From contig NC_086108.1 in the NCBI RefSeq assembly GCF_963921235.1, positions 90,522,001 to 90,586,000 on the forward strand: a DNA stretch of 64,000 nt. Direction: 5' to 3'. The translations under genes and the position numbers were made by a program. Under the pieces are notes generated by a model, which ran no database searches, was not told the origin of the DNA, and saw only the letters and a program-made list of their open reading frames with translations. Source of the stretch: Mobula hypostoma (lineage: Eukaryota). Below are positions 35,562 to 48,998 of this stretch, piece after piece; the first letter of the stretch is position 1; the number at the start of each line of letters is the position of its first letter.

Positions 35562-37034
35562 GTGCAAAGCATGCATATACAGTCGCATGCATTTTAACTG
35601 AATTTTCAAAGCTCAATGTTGTAATGTATGTTCTAACGCAGGAGTTTATTGATAGACTTCAAGTAAACATTACTTATCATTATAATTCTTCACCCTGTTC
35701 CTACTCTGACCTTCCTTCCCTCAGTCACCAATTTTGTTCAAAAGAATCTGAATTGTATCTCAAGAAATTGTACTGGATTTCTTAACTGGACATCTTAAAG
35801 CCTTAAGGAATCCTACCTCATCTACATTTTCTGCTACTCTTCAGAGATTTCTAGAAGTTGACTTCCAGATTCCTCTGTTCCTCTGCACTTCTTGGTATTA
35901 TATAGGAACATACAAATTAGGAAGAGGATTACATCATTCATCCTGTCAAGCGTGCTCTACAACTTAATAACATTATCACTGATGTAATTATAATCTTGAC
36001 TCAGTATTCACATTATTATTCATGTCTCCAGTATGCAAGGCATCTTTTTTTTAAGGGAAAAAGAAATAAAAGAACTGGCACCTTAGAAATGGGTGGTCTA
36101 CGATGGTAGAGGTCATTTACAGTCTTACATCTAAGGGGACCATCACTAAACAAACAGTGGAGGGTGAGTTCAATACGTTGGATCTTTGGAAGGCAAAAGA
36201 GGGAACATACACTGATCTCCAGAGATGCACATTTTTTAATGGATTTCAAGGAAATTCTGGAAGAGTACCAGCAACAAATGAAAGGCAACACAGCCAGTGA
36301 GAATATAGATGCATATTATTGCACAGTCCCTCTCTGTATTCCATTCTCGGTAGCATAACCTTTTATTAGATATTTATAACACTAAAAATGTTAGTTGCTC
36401 TAGCTATTTATTTTTGGCTAAGAACCGCACTTTTGAAAAGTAACCCTCTTCTACAAATAACATGATAGACCAGTACGTATATTAAAAGTGACAACTTAAT
36501 TTACTGAGTGCTTGTGGTATAGACCTTCACTATGCTGTTTTTAATGCTAAACCCCTGTGGTTCTTGTGCTATTCATAAATGATGCTTTACCAAGGAGCGT
36601 TGAGTGATTATTGAGCCAACTAATGAGTGGCTAGTGATTCAGAAAGCCTCCAACTCATGACAAGTCCTAACTCTGATGTATTCATGTGCGTGCCTTTATT
36701 GTCAGGTGCAGTTGTTGCACTGGGCTCATTCTTTTGTTACAGTGCATGCATCCACTTATGCATAGTTGTGTAGCCTTCTGCAGCCTTTATGTTACTGGGG
36801 ACAAAGGGAGCTGATCCATTGGGAGGGCCCTTGTGTAATAATCCTGTGAATTATTTGCTTTGATGCCTTCCATATTCATCTTGGGTGATTGTTTTCTCAC
36901 TATGCCACTTGCCATTTTGGGTGTTTGAGATGGAACTCTGCTAAATCAAGGTGAGGTAGTGAAAATAAATGGTACTTACCCGTGAGTACACTCTCACTTA
37001 TTAACCCAGGTTCTGCAGGTACTTGAATTCTTAA

Positions 37035-37360
37035 GATGCTAGAGGAATTCAGCAAGTCAGACAGCATTTATGGAGGGGAGTGAACAATTGAATTTTTGAG
37101 CTGACACCCTTCATCAAAGCTAGAAAGGAAGGGGGCAGAAGAGAATGACCTCATCTTCCCACCACTCTACACATCCCATCCCAATTGCTCGCTTTCCTCT
37201 TCCAACCCTTCTCCTCTCAATTCTCTAGCTGGTGGCCAGAATAAGGAGGTGGGGGAGGGGAAAGGGTGGAAGATAGCAGGTGATTGATGAGACCAGGTGA
37301 GTGGAAGGTAGGTGACCAGTGAGAGGGAATGTGAGCGACCAGGTGAGGGAGAAGGTGCTC
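37035..37360 (-). mobile_element. Degenerate PLE 3' fragment
   Basis: ATGCTAGAGGAATTCAGCAAGTCAGACAGCAT..GCTGACACCCTTCATCA..GCCAGAATAAGGAGGTGGGGGAGGGG. Confidence 0.75.
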
Positions 37361-37399
37361 ATTTGTTTTCTGTAGCTGTAATTGCAGTATCTGAAAGCT

Positions 37400-39632
37400 C
37401 TGTTGGTTGCCTAGTATCAGATTCATGGACCTCTCTTCAGGACTAGAGAGTAAAGATATTTCCTTCTAGCCCTGGGGAGATATCTGCAATTCTGGCACAA
37501 GGAGGTGACATAGATATGACTAAGAATGAGTTTCTTCTGAGCATCTAGGCTTAACTTAAAAAGCAGATCTACATACAAATTATCTCTGGATTACGACCTG
37601 AATCACTAACAAATTCACATAGGTGAAATCAGCTCAGAGAACTGAATCCATGACTAAAAAATTGTGCAGGATAAGTGGGTTTCCATTCGTGGGACGCTGT
37701 TATCATTATTGAGGAAAGAGCGGTTGATCCATTGGGAGAAACTTCACTTGATTCATGCTAGGACCAATTATCAATGAAATTGAATAACAATGGCTGTAGC
37801 TAAGGCTTTCAGCTAAATTAAGTGAGGAAAGATTCTGGTGATGGAAAAGAAGCAACAAGGTGATTATGTGTATTGGCAAAGTGTAGTGTAGCACCCTGGG
37901 AAAGGTTTCACTGCTAATGCAATGGTTTCTCTGCAGCGGCAGTGTTTGGCTTATGACTAGAGATAATGGTATCTTTGGAATATGCAGCGTCCAATGAGGG
38001 AAGTGTTTTTCTTTCTTGTGTGCCTGAGAGCGAGGTATTCGCGGGCTTTTGTTCGGCAGAAGATGGAGAGAGAAGATGCCTGAATGGAGAGGTTGTAGAC
38101 CGCAGGATGGAGTGGACTTGGAATGGGGTTGGGAGTAGACGACGCCCAGGGGAAATTAATGGAGAATGAATGGACGGGAAAACCGTGAGCTCCAACATGC
38201 ACATTAGACTTTTTCATTAAAATGGGCCCTTTTTCTTTTTGTTTTGTTTACTAATCTTATAGTCAAATTAAGAATTATAAAGCTCAATTGGTTAATTGCA
38301 TATGGTGTACTGTTTGTTATTTCGTGGTGCTGATTTGTAATGGGAAAACATCACGCAGCATCCATACAAACACGATTTCACAAGTTTGGTTGGGCCAGAG
38401 ACTGTCTTCCCCTGGACTAATGCCGCTGCCGAACTTGAAGGTTACAGTAGCTAAAGGCAACACAAGTCCTTTAAGAAGGGACAGTGCATAAAGCATACAA
38501 GTATATCTCTCTAAACAGGGTAAAGTAATGAAAATTGGAAAAAAATGCTAAAATGATATCTTTTTATCAGAATAAACATATATTAATGATAATATGTATG
38601 AATTATTAACACTAATAGAAATAACACTAATAGAAATACAGTGTAATAAGCAGTACAGAGATGTGATTGTAAAATGACCAGATATGGGATTAATATTCTG
38701 GAATATGTGAAAAATAAGCAAAATTGAAACAGTAGCCCTGATATTAATGAAAACATTGGGGATAGTAGTGAAAAAGGGTCTTACTCCAGAAAATCAGGAA
38801 GTAGATTCAGTTTTGGTGAAGCTAAAATGCAACAAATGACAGCAATCTTTGTGGGGAGTTGTTATGGCACCAAGCCACTAAACAGTAGTGGTAATAAAGG
38901 TCGCAGAAATAAATCTGGAACTAGAAGTGCATATAACAAAAATAATGCCGAAATCATGAGGAATTATAATCTACATTTAGAGTGAGCATATCAAGCATGA
39001 ATTCAGAAAAGTTATAAAAGGTGGTTTTCTACACAAGTATTTTGAGAACCACTGAAAGAAGAGGGCTATTTTAAATGCAGTATTGTGTGGAGAAAAGGTA
39101 GGTTGATAAACATAGTTCAATGGTCTTAAGAACACAGTGTTCATCATATGATATTTTATATAAAATGGTTTCAGATTAAACAAAGCCATTGTCAGTGTGC
39201 TTGATTTGAACAAAGCAAATAAGAAAGCTGGAGGCATGAGTTGGTTATGGTAGATTAAAAACTAAATGAAAAAGGTATTACAGTAAATGAGCATTGGTTG
39301 ACATTCATTGAGCAAGCAATATATATCTATTTAAGCATAAAAACAACGTGGAAAGTAGTCCAACCAAAACTAATCAAGATAATGGCAAGGCAAAGGAAGA
39401 GACTTCCAAAGTTGGCAAAAAAACAATAAGGATGACGATTTGAAAATTAGACTTCATCAATTGATGTGAAAGTATTAGTAAGCAAAAGGAAAACAGAATA
39501 CTGGAGTAGTTTGGAGAGACTCCAAACCAGACTATAAGGATATCTATTCATGTGTAATTAGGAAAATAAAATATTAAAATTAATGAGGTTCCCTTTCAGA
39601 GGAATCATGTAACAGCTGAGAAATCAAAGAAG
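37400..39632 (+). mobile_element. Very degenerate CR1 5' and endonuclease region, host of the solo LTR, the Tigger MITE and a PLE
   Basis: Scattered CR1-like remnants are present (GCTATTTTAAATGCAGTATTGTGT, CATATGATATTTT). The element resumes after 40435 as TTTGTGTCTGTCTTCAC. Confidence 0.5.
37887..38446. mobile_element. Solo LTR (560 bp), probably Gypsy-type
   Basis: GTAG|TGTAGCACC ... GGTTACA|GTAG gives TG..CA ends, a short terminal inverted repeat TGTARC and an exact 4-bp TSD. It has more CpG than its flanks. Confidence 0.85.
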
Positions 39633-39634
39633 TA

Positions 39635-40435
39635 CAATGGATTCCGGTTAATTGGGACACATTGGGATCAATACATTTTGGCCCAATTAAGTGACTGCCC
39701 CAATTAACTGAGGTTTCATTGAAATAGGTAAAAAGGTATATAAAAGGCAAGCTGAGTAACAAATTATGAGTTTAAATGAAATACAGAACACATTAGAACT
39801 ACTGCAGTATTATAAAGCTGTGTATACGTTCCTAATACTTATCAACGGAAGAATTCCTTGTCGCAAGGAACTCCTTGATGAATTCTTTTGACTGTAAGTG
39901 AACACAGTCTGTGCAGACACCTAGTGCAGATAATTAATTGCCTTCAAATAATATTGTCAATGATTGCTTCCTCCAATTCTATATTTTCTTTGTAACATTC
40001 AAGATGATTGTCAATACCTTCAAATCCTTTGTAGTTTCTAACTTGTTGAAGTAGAGGAATCATTTCATTTTTAGTCTTGGCCGTTTCTGGATGCTTGAAA
40101 CTGCTGTGAGCAAAACAGTTAGGAGTTGTCTTACTGCTTTATTTCTCGCCTACTGTCAGTGACAAAATTTTTTGCATTTTGATCACAAACACATGCTCTA
40201 TTTTTAATCTGTTCGCTCGAAGTACAGTGTAGCGTCTAATCGCCAAGCAAGTGCACTTTACTGATGCTGACTAGAAACTGTTCAGTTAGCCTTCTGCCCT
40301 GATTAAGTGTCATAGTGTCCCAAAAAAATGAAGGAAATCCTGGTAAGTTTCTCGATTAGATTTTGTTCTTTAAGAGTTGTCCCAAATAAGCAGCTGCCTC
40401 AATTAACCAATGGACCAATTAACCAAAATCCACTG
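39635..40435 (-). mobile_element. Tigger/pogo-type non-autonomous DNA transposon, copy 2
   Basis: TA|CAATGGATTCCGGTTAATTGGGAC ... GGACCAATTAACCAAAATCCACTG|TG. It is colinear with 1183-1972 and carries the remnant FVTDSRREI..SKTTPNCFAHSSF. Confidence 0.85.
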
Positions 40436-40471
40436 TGTTTTGTGTCTGTCTTCACAAAGGACATAGAATAC

Positions 40472-41670
40472 TTCCATTCTCAAGCTCTCAAGCTCTTCAA
40501 CACACTCTATAGGCTCTTGATGTACTCAACAACTCCCGATTCCCTGGCACTGACTGTTGCATTTTTACTATGGGTGTCCAGTCCCTAAACATATCTGTTT
40601 CCTATCAAGAAGCCTTAAAGCTCTCCGCTTCTTTCTCGACAAAAGACCCTATCAGTTCCTGTCCATCACCAAACCCCTCCATCTGGCAGAACTGGCCCTT
40701 ACCCTCATAATTTTGCATATAACTTCTTTCACTTTCTCCAAACTCAAAGTATAGCCATTGCCAGTCGCATGGGTCCCAGCTTTGCCCCAGAAGTCCTCTG
40801 CAACTCCTGCCATCTTCAGCAGGGATCCTAACATCAAGCACATCTTTCTTTACATCCCAACCAACCTCCCCCCAGCCCACTGACTCTCTGCTTTCTTCAG
40901 GGGTGCAGGGATCAGTCCGCCTGTGATTCACGTGTACTCATCTCTCCCCACTAATCTCCCTCCTGCCACTTAGCCCTGCAAGTGAGAGAGATGCTACACC
41001 GGCCCATTAACCTCCTACTTCACCTCCAGTCAGGGTCATTAACAGTTCTATCAGGTGAGGCAACACTTCAGCTGCAAATCTGTTGGGGTTGTTTATTGTA
41101 TCTGGCAGCCTCCTCTACACTGGTGAGACCCACTGTAAATTGGGGGACCACTTTGTCAAGCACCTCTGCTCCATCCACGAAAAGTGGAATTTCCTGGTGG
41201 CCAACCATAATACCTATCCCACGATGATCCTCTTCTACCACGACGTACCTACCATCACATTCTGTCTAGGTATCCTCCCACCTGATGGCATGAACATTGA
41301 TTTCTCCTTCTGGTAATGTTTTTCTCTTTTTTTTTCTTTTCCCCTCCCTTTCCCTCCTCTTCTATTCTCCACTTTGGCCTCTCACCTCTTCTCCTTGCTT
41401 GACTTATCACCTCCCGCTGGTGCCCTTCATTCTTCCTTTTCTTCCATGGTCCACTCTGCTCTCCTATCAGCTCCCTTCTTCTCCAACCCACCTGGCTTCA
41501 CCTATCATCTTCTAGCTTCTCTTCGTTCACCTCCTCCCATTTTTTTTTCTGGCATCTTCCCCCTTCCTTTCCAGTGCTGATGAAGGGTCTCAGCCTGAAA
41601 CTTTGTCTGTTTATTCGTTTTCATAGATGCTATCTGACCAGCTGAGTTCCTCCAGCATTTTGCATCTATT
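40472..41670 (+). mobile_element. Penelope-like retroelement fragment: RT remnant, GIY-YIG remnant and terminal repeat with hammerhead
   Basis: RT-like IFTMGVQSL..LKALRFFLDKRP and IAIASRMGPSFA are present, as is GIY-YIG-like VGVVYCIW..LLYTGET..LGDHFVKH. The TSD is ACATAGAATAC (40461-40471) / ACACAGAATAC (41671-41681). Confidence 0.9.
41572..41609 (+). ncRNA. Minimal hammerhead ribozyme core (degenerate) in a PLE terminal repeat
   Basis: CAGTG-CTGATGA-A-GGGT-CTCA-GCCT-GAA-ACTT-T-GTCTG. Confidence 0.6.
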
Positions 41671-41789
41671 ACACAGAATACCTCCGGTGGAAAGCTACAA
41701 GTTTGTAGCGAACGAGAAAGAGAAAGAATTTATCATCAATAAACAATCAGTATTTGAAAGATTTATCAGAGAAAGAATCTTCACATCAG

Positions 41790-43770
41790 CCATTACTACC
41801 TAATTCACCCTGCAGTTTGAGAGGGAGAAGCTAAAGTCAGATGTATCAGAATTACAGTGGAATAAGAAGGGAATTAGAGAGGCATGAGAGAGGAGCTGGC
41901 CAATGCTGATTGGAAGGAGCACTGTCAAGGATGCTGGCAGAGCAGCAATGGCTGGACATTCTGGGGACAATTCTGGGGATAAATAAGAATCCCAAAGATG
42001 AAGAAGTATTCTAAAGGAAGGATGAAGCAACTGTGGGTGACAAGGGAAGTCAAAAACAGCATAACATAAAAAGAGAGGGTATATAATATAGAAACATTTA
42101 GTGGGAAGTTAGAGGATTGGGAAGCTTTTTTAAAAACCAACAGAAGCTAACTAAAAAAGTCAAAAGGAGAAGATAAAAAAAAGGTGAGCTAGCTAATAAT
42201 ATAAAAGAGGACGCCAAAGATTTTCCCCTATATATAAAGAATAAAAGAGAGGTGAGAGTAGATATCACACTGCTGGAAAATGTTATTGGAGAGGTAGTAA
42301 TGGGGAACATAAGAATGGCAGATGTACTTTGTATTTTGTGTCAGTCTTCAATGTGGAAGACTCTAATATTTTGCCAGAAATTTGAAATTGTAACGAGGCA
42401 GAAGTGAGTGTAGTTGCTATTACTAAGGAGAAGGTGCTTGGGAGGCTAAAAGGTCTGAAGGTAGGTAAGTCACCTGGACTAGGTGGACTGCACCGCAGAG
42501 TTCTGAAAGGGATAACTGAAGAGATTGAGGAGGCATTAGTCATGATCTCTCAAGAATCACTAGATTATGGAATGGTTATGGAGGAGTGGAAAATTGAAAT
42601 GTCACTCACTCTTAAGAAGGGCACCAGGCAAAAGAAATGAAATTATAGACAATTTAGCCTGGCTTTAGTTGTAGGGAAGATGTTGGACTCCATTGTTAAG
42701 GATGTGGTTTTGGGGTACGTGAAGGCTCACGGTAAAATCAGCCAAAGTCGGCAAATAACCGGATAGACAGTGGATGTTGTTTACTTGGATTTTCAGAAGG
42801 CTTTTGACAAGGTGCCACACATGAGGCTACTTAACAAGCTATGAGCCCATGGTATTATAGGGAAGATTCTAGCACGGATAAAGTAGTGGCTGACTGGCAG
42901 GAAGCAAAGAGTGGGAATAAAGAGGTCTTTTCTGGTTGGCTACTAGTGACTAGTAGTGTGCCACAAGGGTAATTTCTTTTCACGTTATATGACAACGATT
43001 TGGATGACAGAATTGATGGCTTTATGGCCAAGTTTGTGGATGATATGGATAGGTGAAGGGGCAGGGCAGTGTTGAAGCTGGGAATTTGCAGAAGGACTTA
43101 GGCAGAATTAGGAGAATAGGCAAAGAAGCGGCAGATGGAATATAGTGTTTGGAAGTGTATGGAATGCACTTTGGTAGACTGTTTTCTAAATGGGGAGAAA
43201 ATTCAGAAAGCAGGGCTGTTAAGGCAATTGGGAGTCCTTACAGGATTTTCTAAGGTTAACTTGCAGGTTGAGTTGGTGGTAAGGACGGCAAATGGGATGT
43301 CAGCATTCATTTTGAGAGGACTAGAAGAGAAAAGCAAGCATCTAATGCTGATGCATTATAAGGCATTAGTCAGACCACACTTGAAGTATTGTGAGCAGTT
43401 TTAATTCACAAATCGAAGAAAAAATGTATTGGCATTGGTGAGAGTCTAATGGAGGTTCACAAGAATAATTCTGGGAATAAAAGTGTTAATGTATGAGGAG
43501 TGTTAGATGGCTCTGAGCCTGTACTTGCTGATGTTTAGAAGAATGAGGGAGGATCTCATTGGAACCTATTGAATATTGAAAGGCCTAAACAGAGTGGATG
43601 TGGAGAGGATATTTCCTGTTGTGGGTGACGCTAGGGCCAGAGGGCACAGCCTCAGAATAAAAGGATATCCCTTTAGAACAGAGATGAGGGGGACGTTTTT
43701 TAGCCAGGTGGTCAGGTGGTCAGTGAATCTATGAAATTCATTGCCAGTGATAGATGTAGAGACCACATTA
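41790..43770 (+). mobile_element. Degenerate CR1 ORF2 (linker and RT)
   Basis: Encodes ITKEKVLGRLKGLKVGKSPG.GGLHRRVLK, DVVYLDFQKAFDKVPH (about 42773-42820) and YKALVRPHLKYCEQF. Confidence 0.9.
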
Positions 43771-44560
43771 TTGTATCTATGCACATTTTATTCCATATCT
43801 GTATTTCCAATTTGTTTTTATATACTTCTTTATTCTTTATAATTGTTGAATGTTGATATTTTATGTTGCATGTTGCACCCTCTCCAACACACCGCAGCCA
43901 GTTCCTAACACATGTAAATGTATGTGGCGACCCTTGATCCTCTTGGATTGGAAGCAGATTAGATTCAGGCAACTGATTACCTGTATCCTAAGGTTTCAAA
44001 GGAAGTCGCTATGGAGATATTGGCTGCAGTCATTTCCAAATTTCAGCTGTTTCGTGAATAGTTCTATATATTGGCAGGAAACAAAATGCAACCTTACTAT
44101 TTAAAGATGAGGAAAAGAGGGTGAAGGAAAGCTGTGAAAGCTAGCCACTAACCACGACTTAATGTTCAAAACTAAAAGCATAGTCTGGTCTCAGCTGCTA
44201 TGGATGCTAATGCTATTCTTGATATTTGTAAAGCAGAAAACAAATGATATATACTGTGCATTTGCTTCTAATTCTAATTTAATTAATTACGTTTCTGATT
44301 TTGGGAACAGGCTCCATCCACTTTTAATTTCCAATTGGTTCTGCTGTCAAATCTGAAGCTAGGGCACATACAGAAAAATGGAAATGGTCAGAAATACAGG
44401 ATTTGTCAAAAATCTGAAATCTGTCAAATAGAAGCATAGAACACTCTAGTTCAGGTGAATTTGGAAGGTCTTATAGCAAAATAAATACATTAACTAAGTA
44501 CGTTGCTAATAATCCTTGCTATTTTGACTTAGATAAATTCATTTGCCACACAGATAAATT

Positions 44561-45414
44561 TAAACACATGAAAGTCTCCAGATGCTGGAAATCCAAAGCA
44601 ACACACAAAAAATCCTGGAGGAACTCAGCAGGTCGGGCAGCATCTGTGGAAATGAATAGACCTGGGGGGAGTAATAGACAGGTGAGAAGAGGTAAAAAGC
44701 TAGAATGCGGAATAGAGGAAAAGAGGGGTGGGGTGTATTTATTTTACTGGAAGAAGAAATCGATATCCATGCCATCACTTTTGAGACTACTCAGATGGAA
44801 TATAAGGTGTTGCTCTAGCACCCTGAGGGTGACCTCATCTTGGCATAAGACGAGGCCATGGACCAACAAGTGAGAATGGGGATGGGAATCAGAATTAAAA
44901 TGTTTGGCCACTGGAAGTCCTGTTTGTGGCGAATGGTGCAATGGTGCTCAAAGAAGCAGTCACTCAATTTATGAGGGGTCTCACCAGTGAAGAGGAGGCC
45001 ACATTGGGAGCACCACATGCAATAGACAACCCCAGCAGATTCACAGGTGAAGTGTTGCCTCTCCTGGAAGGACTGCCTGGGGGCTCTGAATGGCGATGCG
45101 GGAGGAGGTGTATGGGTAGGTGTAGCACTTAGGTCGCTTGCAGGGATAGTTAAATCCCCCCCACCTTCCTCTGTTCCCCATTTTGACCTTTTACCTCTTC
45201 TCACATGCCTATTACTCCACCCTTGGTCCCCTCCTCCCCGTTTCACCTATTGTCCACTCTCCTTTCCTATCAGATTCCTTCTTCTCCAGCCCTTGACCTT
45301 TCCCACCCATCTGGCTTCACCTTTCACCTTCCAGCTCATCTCCTTCCCCTCCCCCCACCTTTTTATTCTGGCATCTTCCCCTTTCCTTCTCAGTCCTGAA
45401 GAGGTGTCTCTGCC
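44561..45414 (-). mobile_element. PLE GIY-YIG fragment (minus strand) with an inverted terminal repeat (plus strand, 45155-45414)
   Basis: ORF 44815-45246 reads FRAPRQSFQERQHFTCESAGVVYCMWCSQCGLLFTGET..LSDCFFEH. The plus-strand repeat is cut within the hammerhead (CAGTCCTGAAGA at 45391) by a CR1. Confidence 0.9.
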
Positions 45415-46925
45415 ATAACATAGAAACATAGAAAACCTACAGCACAATACAGACCCTTCGGCCCACAAAGTTGTGCTGAACATATTCCTACCTTAAAAAT
45501 TACTAGGCTTACCTATAGCTCTCTATTTTTCTAAGCTCCATGTACCTGTCCGAAAGTCTTTTAAAAGACCCTATCGTATCTGCCTCCACCACCGTTGCCG
45601 GCAGCCTGTTCCATGCACTCAGCACTCTCTGGGTGAAAAAACTTATCCCAACATCTCCTCTGTACCTACTCCCTATCACCTTAAACCTGTGTCTTCTTGT
45701 TGCAACCATTTCAGCCCTGGGAAAAAGCCTCCGACTATCCACATGATCAATGCCTCTCATCATCTTATACACCTCTATCAGGTCACCTCTCATCCTCTGT
45801 CACTCCAAAGAGAAAAGGCCGAGTTCACTCAACCTATTCTCATAAGGTATGCTCCCCAATCCAGGCAACATCCTTGTAAATCTCCTCTGCACCCTTTCTA
45901 TGGCTTCCACATCCTTCCTGTAGTGAGGTGACCAGAACTGAGCCAAGTGGGGTCCTAGATAGCTGCAACATTCCACGATTGATGAAGGCCAATATACTGT
46001 ACGCCGCCTTAACCACAGAGTCAACCTGCGCAGCTGCTTTAAGCATCCTATGGACTTGGATCCCAAGATCCCTCTGATCCTCCACACTGCCAAGAGTCTT
46101 ACCATTAATACTATATTCTGCCATCATATTTGACCTACCAAAATGAACCACTTCACACTTATCTGGGTTGACCTCCATCTGCCACTTCTCAGCCCGGTTT
46201 TGCATCCTATCAATGTCCTGCTGTAATGTCTGACAGCCCTCCACACTATCCACAACACCGCCAACCTTTGTGTCATCAGCAAACTTACTAACCCATCTCT
46301 CCACTTCCTCATCCAGGTCACTTATAAAAATCACGAAGAGTAAGGGTCCCAGAACAGATCCCTGAGGCAGTCCACTGGTAACCGACCTCCATGCAGAATA
46401 TGACCTGTCTACAACCACTCTTGCCTTCTGTGGGCAAGCCAGTTCTGGATCCGCAAAGCAATGTCCCCTTGGATCCCATGCCTCCTTACTTTGTCAATAA
46501 GCCTTGCATGGAGTACCTTATCAAACGCCTTGCTGAAATCCATATACACTACATCTACTACTCTTCCTTCTTCAATGTGTTTAGTCACATCCTCAAAAAA
46601 TTCAATGAGGCTCCTAAGGCATGACCTGCCCTTTGCAAAGCCATGCTGATTATTCCTAATCATATTGTACCTCTCCAGATGTTTGTAAATCCTGCCTCCA
46701 AAGATCATCTTCATCAATTTACCAACCACTGAGGTAAGACTGACTGGTCTATAATTTCCTAGGCTATCTCTACTCCCTTTCTTGAGAAAAAGAACAACAT
46801 CTCATCCCTCCAATCCTCCGGAACCTCTCCCATCCCCATTGATGATGCAATGATCATCGCCAGAGGCTTATCAATCTCCTCCCTTGCCTCCCACAGTAGC
46901 CTGGGGTACATCTCATCCGGTCCGT
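45415..46925 (-). mobile_element. 5'-truncated CR1 with RT domain
   Basis: Encodes NQHGFAKGRSCL..VDVVYMDFSKAFDKV and SGLPQGSVLGPLLFVIFISDLD..KFADDTK, with the tail AACATAGAAACATAGAAA. Confidence 0.95.
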
Positions 46926-48483
46926 TCTATTTATTTCCAAAGATGATAGATAAATTTAGTTAGTTTCTGATTTGGAACCAGTATGAAAAGGGCACCCTTG
47001 TAGGTTTTGATCTTTAAAAGTGGTCACATAATGTTATCAATAGTGTGAGTTTTAATGCAATTTCATAAATCACTATGTGTTGAATGAATCTTATTATCAG
47101 TCTAGATAATATTTAAATTATTTGAGCTTCATTTCTTCCAGATGAATAAAGTGAAAAGTTAGGGTTGATAATCATCAACTGACTGAGAAAAATTCACAAT
47201 CACCACAGTAATAAAATTTGGAAATGCCTTTTAGATTGGAGCAAATAAGGACAGTGTGAGTAGAAGGAGGCTAAATATTTTGAATTCTGGTTATGCATGG
47301 AAGATTAGTTTATTACGATTCTTTTGGTCATCTCAGTTTTTATTGTTGATATTAAGAAAATGAGTCAAACTTTTGCTTGTGAGCAATGCAAACAAAGCAT
47401 TGATTACCTGGAACATCCTCGTTCATGCAGAATTTAATTACATCAAGGATAGGTTTGAAACAGACACTCTTAGCAGTTTTACTGTTTGGTTGAGGTAGCA
47501 GCTCCACACAGGGAAGGCCAGGAGCTGTAATTGACTCATCGGGATCTGCATACTGTATTTTCATGTATTATATTGAAAACAATAAATCTTGGCCTCTGAA
47601 TCATAATATCATTACTCAGGAGCATTCTGAGGTCATCATGCCTAAAGCTTAGATTCCAAGCTGTATTCAGGTTAGCTTTAATCATTCTATGATACAAAAT
47701 TCAAAGAAAGACTATTGCTTAAATGACTCACCGTTTAATAAATGAAATTGTTTCAAAGTCTGCACGGCAGGATAAATGATGGTATTTTGATAGGTAGTGT
47801 TATACTCTTGTAATACAAGATGATAATTAAATGCAGGAAAAACCTGCACAATCAGCAATAAGTTGCTACAATAACTTGCAATTAAATATAAAGCACATCA
47901 AAGGTATTTTCTTAAGCAACAAAAGTTGTTTGGCTAAGTCTATTCATTTGTGGCAATCGTCATCTTGAGTTATGTTTATAAAGGACCCAGATTTTGAAGC
48001 ATTTAACACTGATGGTGTGAATGTAGGAGGTTTGATTGCTAAGTTTACAGCTAACATGGAAATATATGATGCTGTTGACAGTGAGGAGCATTGTAAGAGT
48101 TTACAGAATGATATTGATTAGTGTGTAAGTTAGTAAGCAATGACAACTGTAAGATGGTGAGTTTTGAGGGGGTCCAATAAGAAAAGGACATATACCATGA
48201 CCGGCAGCCCCTGAAGAATATTGAGGAATAAAGTGATCTTCATGTACAAGTTCAAAGATGGAAGCATAGGTAGATAGGATATTGAGAGGGTTTATGGGAT
48301 GTGTTCACCAGGATGGAAGCAACTAAGGCCAGTGGACATAATGTAGATTTAAGATGAGACATAAGCTAGTTAGAGAGAATCTGAAGAAGAATATCAGTTA
48401 CTCTGTCAGAGAAGGTGGAGAAGCCAGATGTTCTCACAGAGGTAAGAAGCATCTGGATGAGCACTTGAGTTTCCAAGGTATAG

Positions 48484-48998
48484 TATCAGAATCAAAATCA
48501 GATTTAATATCACCGGCGTATGTTGTGAAATGTGTTGTCTTTGCAGCAATACATAATAGTCGAAAAAAGCTGTGAATTACAGAAGGTATTATATATTAAT
48601 TAGTTAAATTAAATAAAAAAGTAGTGAGGTAATGTCGATGGGTTCAATACCAATTCAGAAACCAGATGGCAGAGGGGAAGAAGCTGTTCCTGAATTGTTG
48701 AGAGTGCACCTTCAAGTTTCTGTATCTCCTTCCTGTTGGTAGCAATGAGAACAAGACATGACCTAGGTGATCGGGGTTCTTAATGATGGACGCCGTCTTT
48801 TTGAGGCATCTCTCCTGGAAGGTGTCCAGCAAACTACAGAGGCTGGTGCCCATGATGGAGCTGGCTAAATTTCCAACTCTCTGCAGGTTATTTCAATCCT
48901 ATACAGTAGTTCCCTCCCCCCCCCCAATACCAGACAGTGATGCAGCCAGTTAGAATGCTCTCCATGGTACATCTGTAGAAATTTGCGAGTGTCTTTCA
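48484..48998 (-). mobile_element. Rex1/Babar-type LINE 3' fragment
   Basis: ORF 48644-48853 reads RCLKKTASIIKNPDHLGHVLFSLLPTGRRYRNLK..FRNSFFPSAI. The tail is (ATCAGA)n. Confidence 0.85.
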
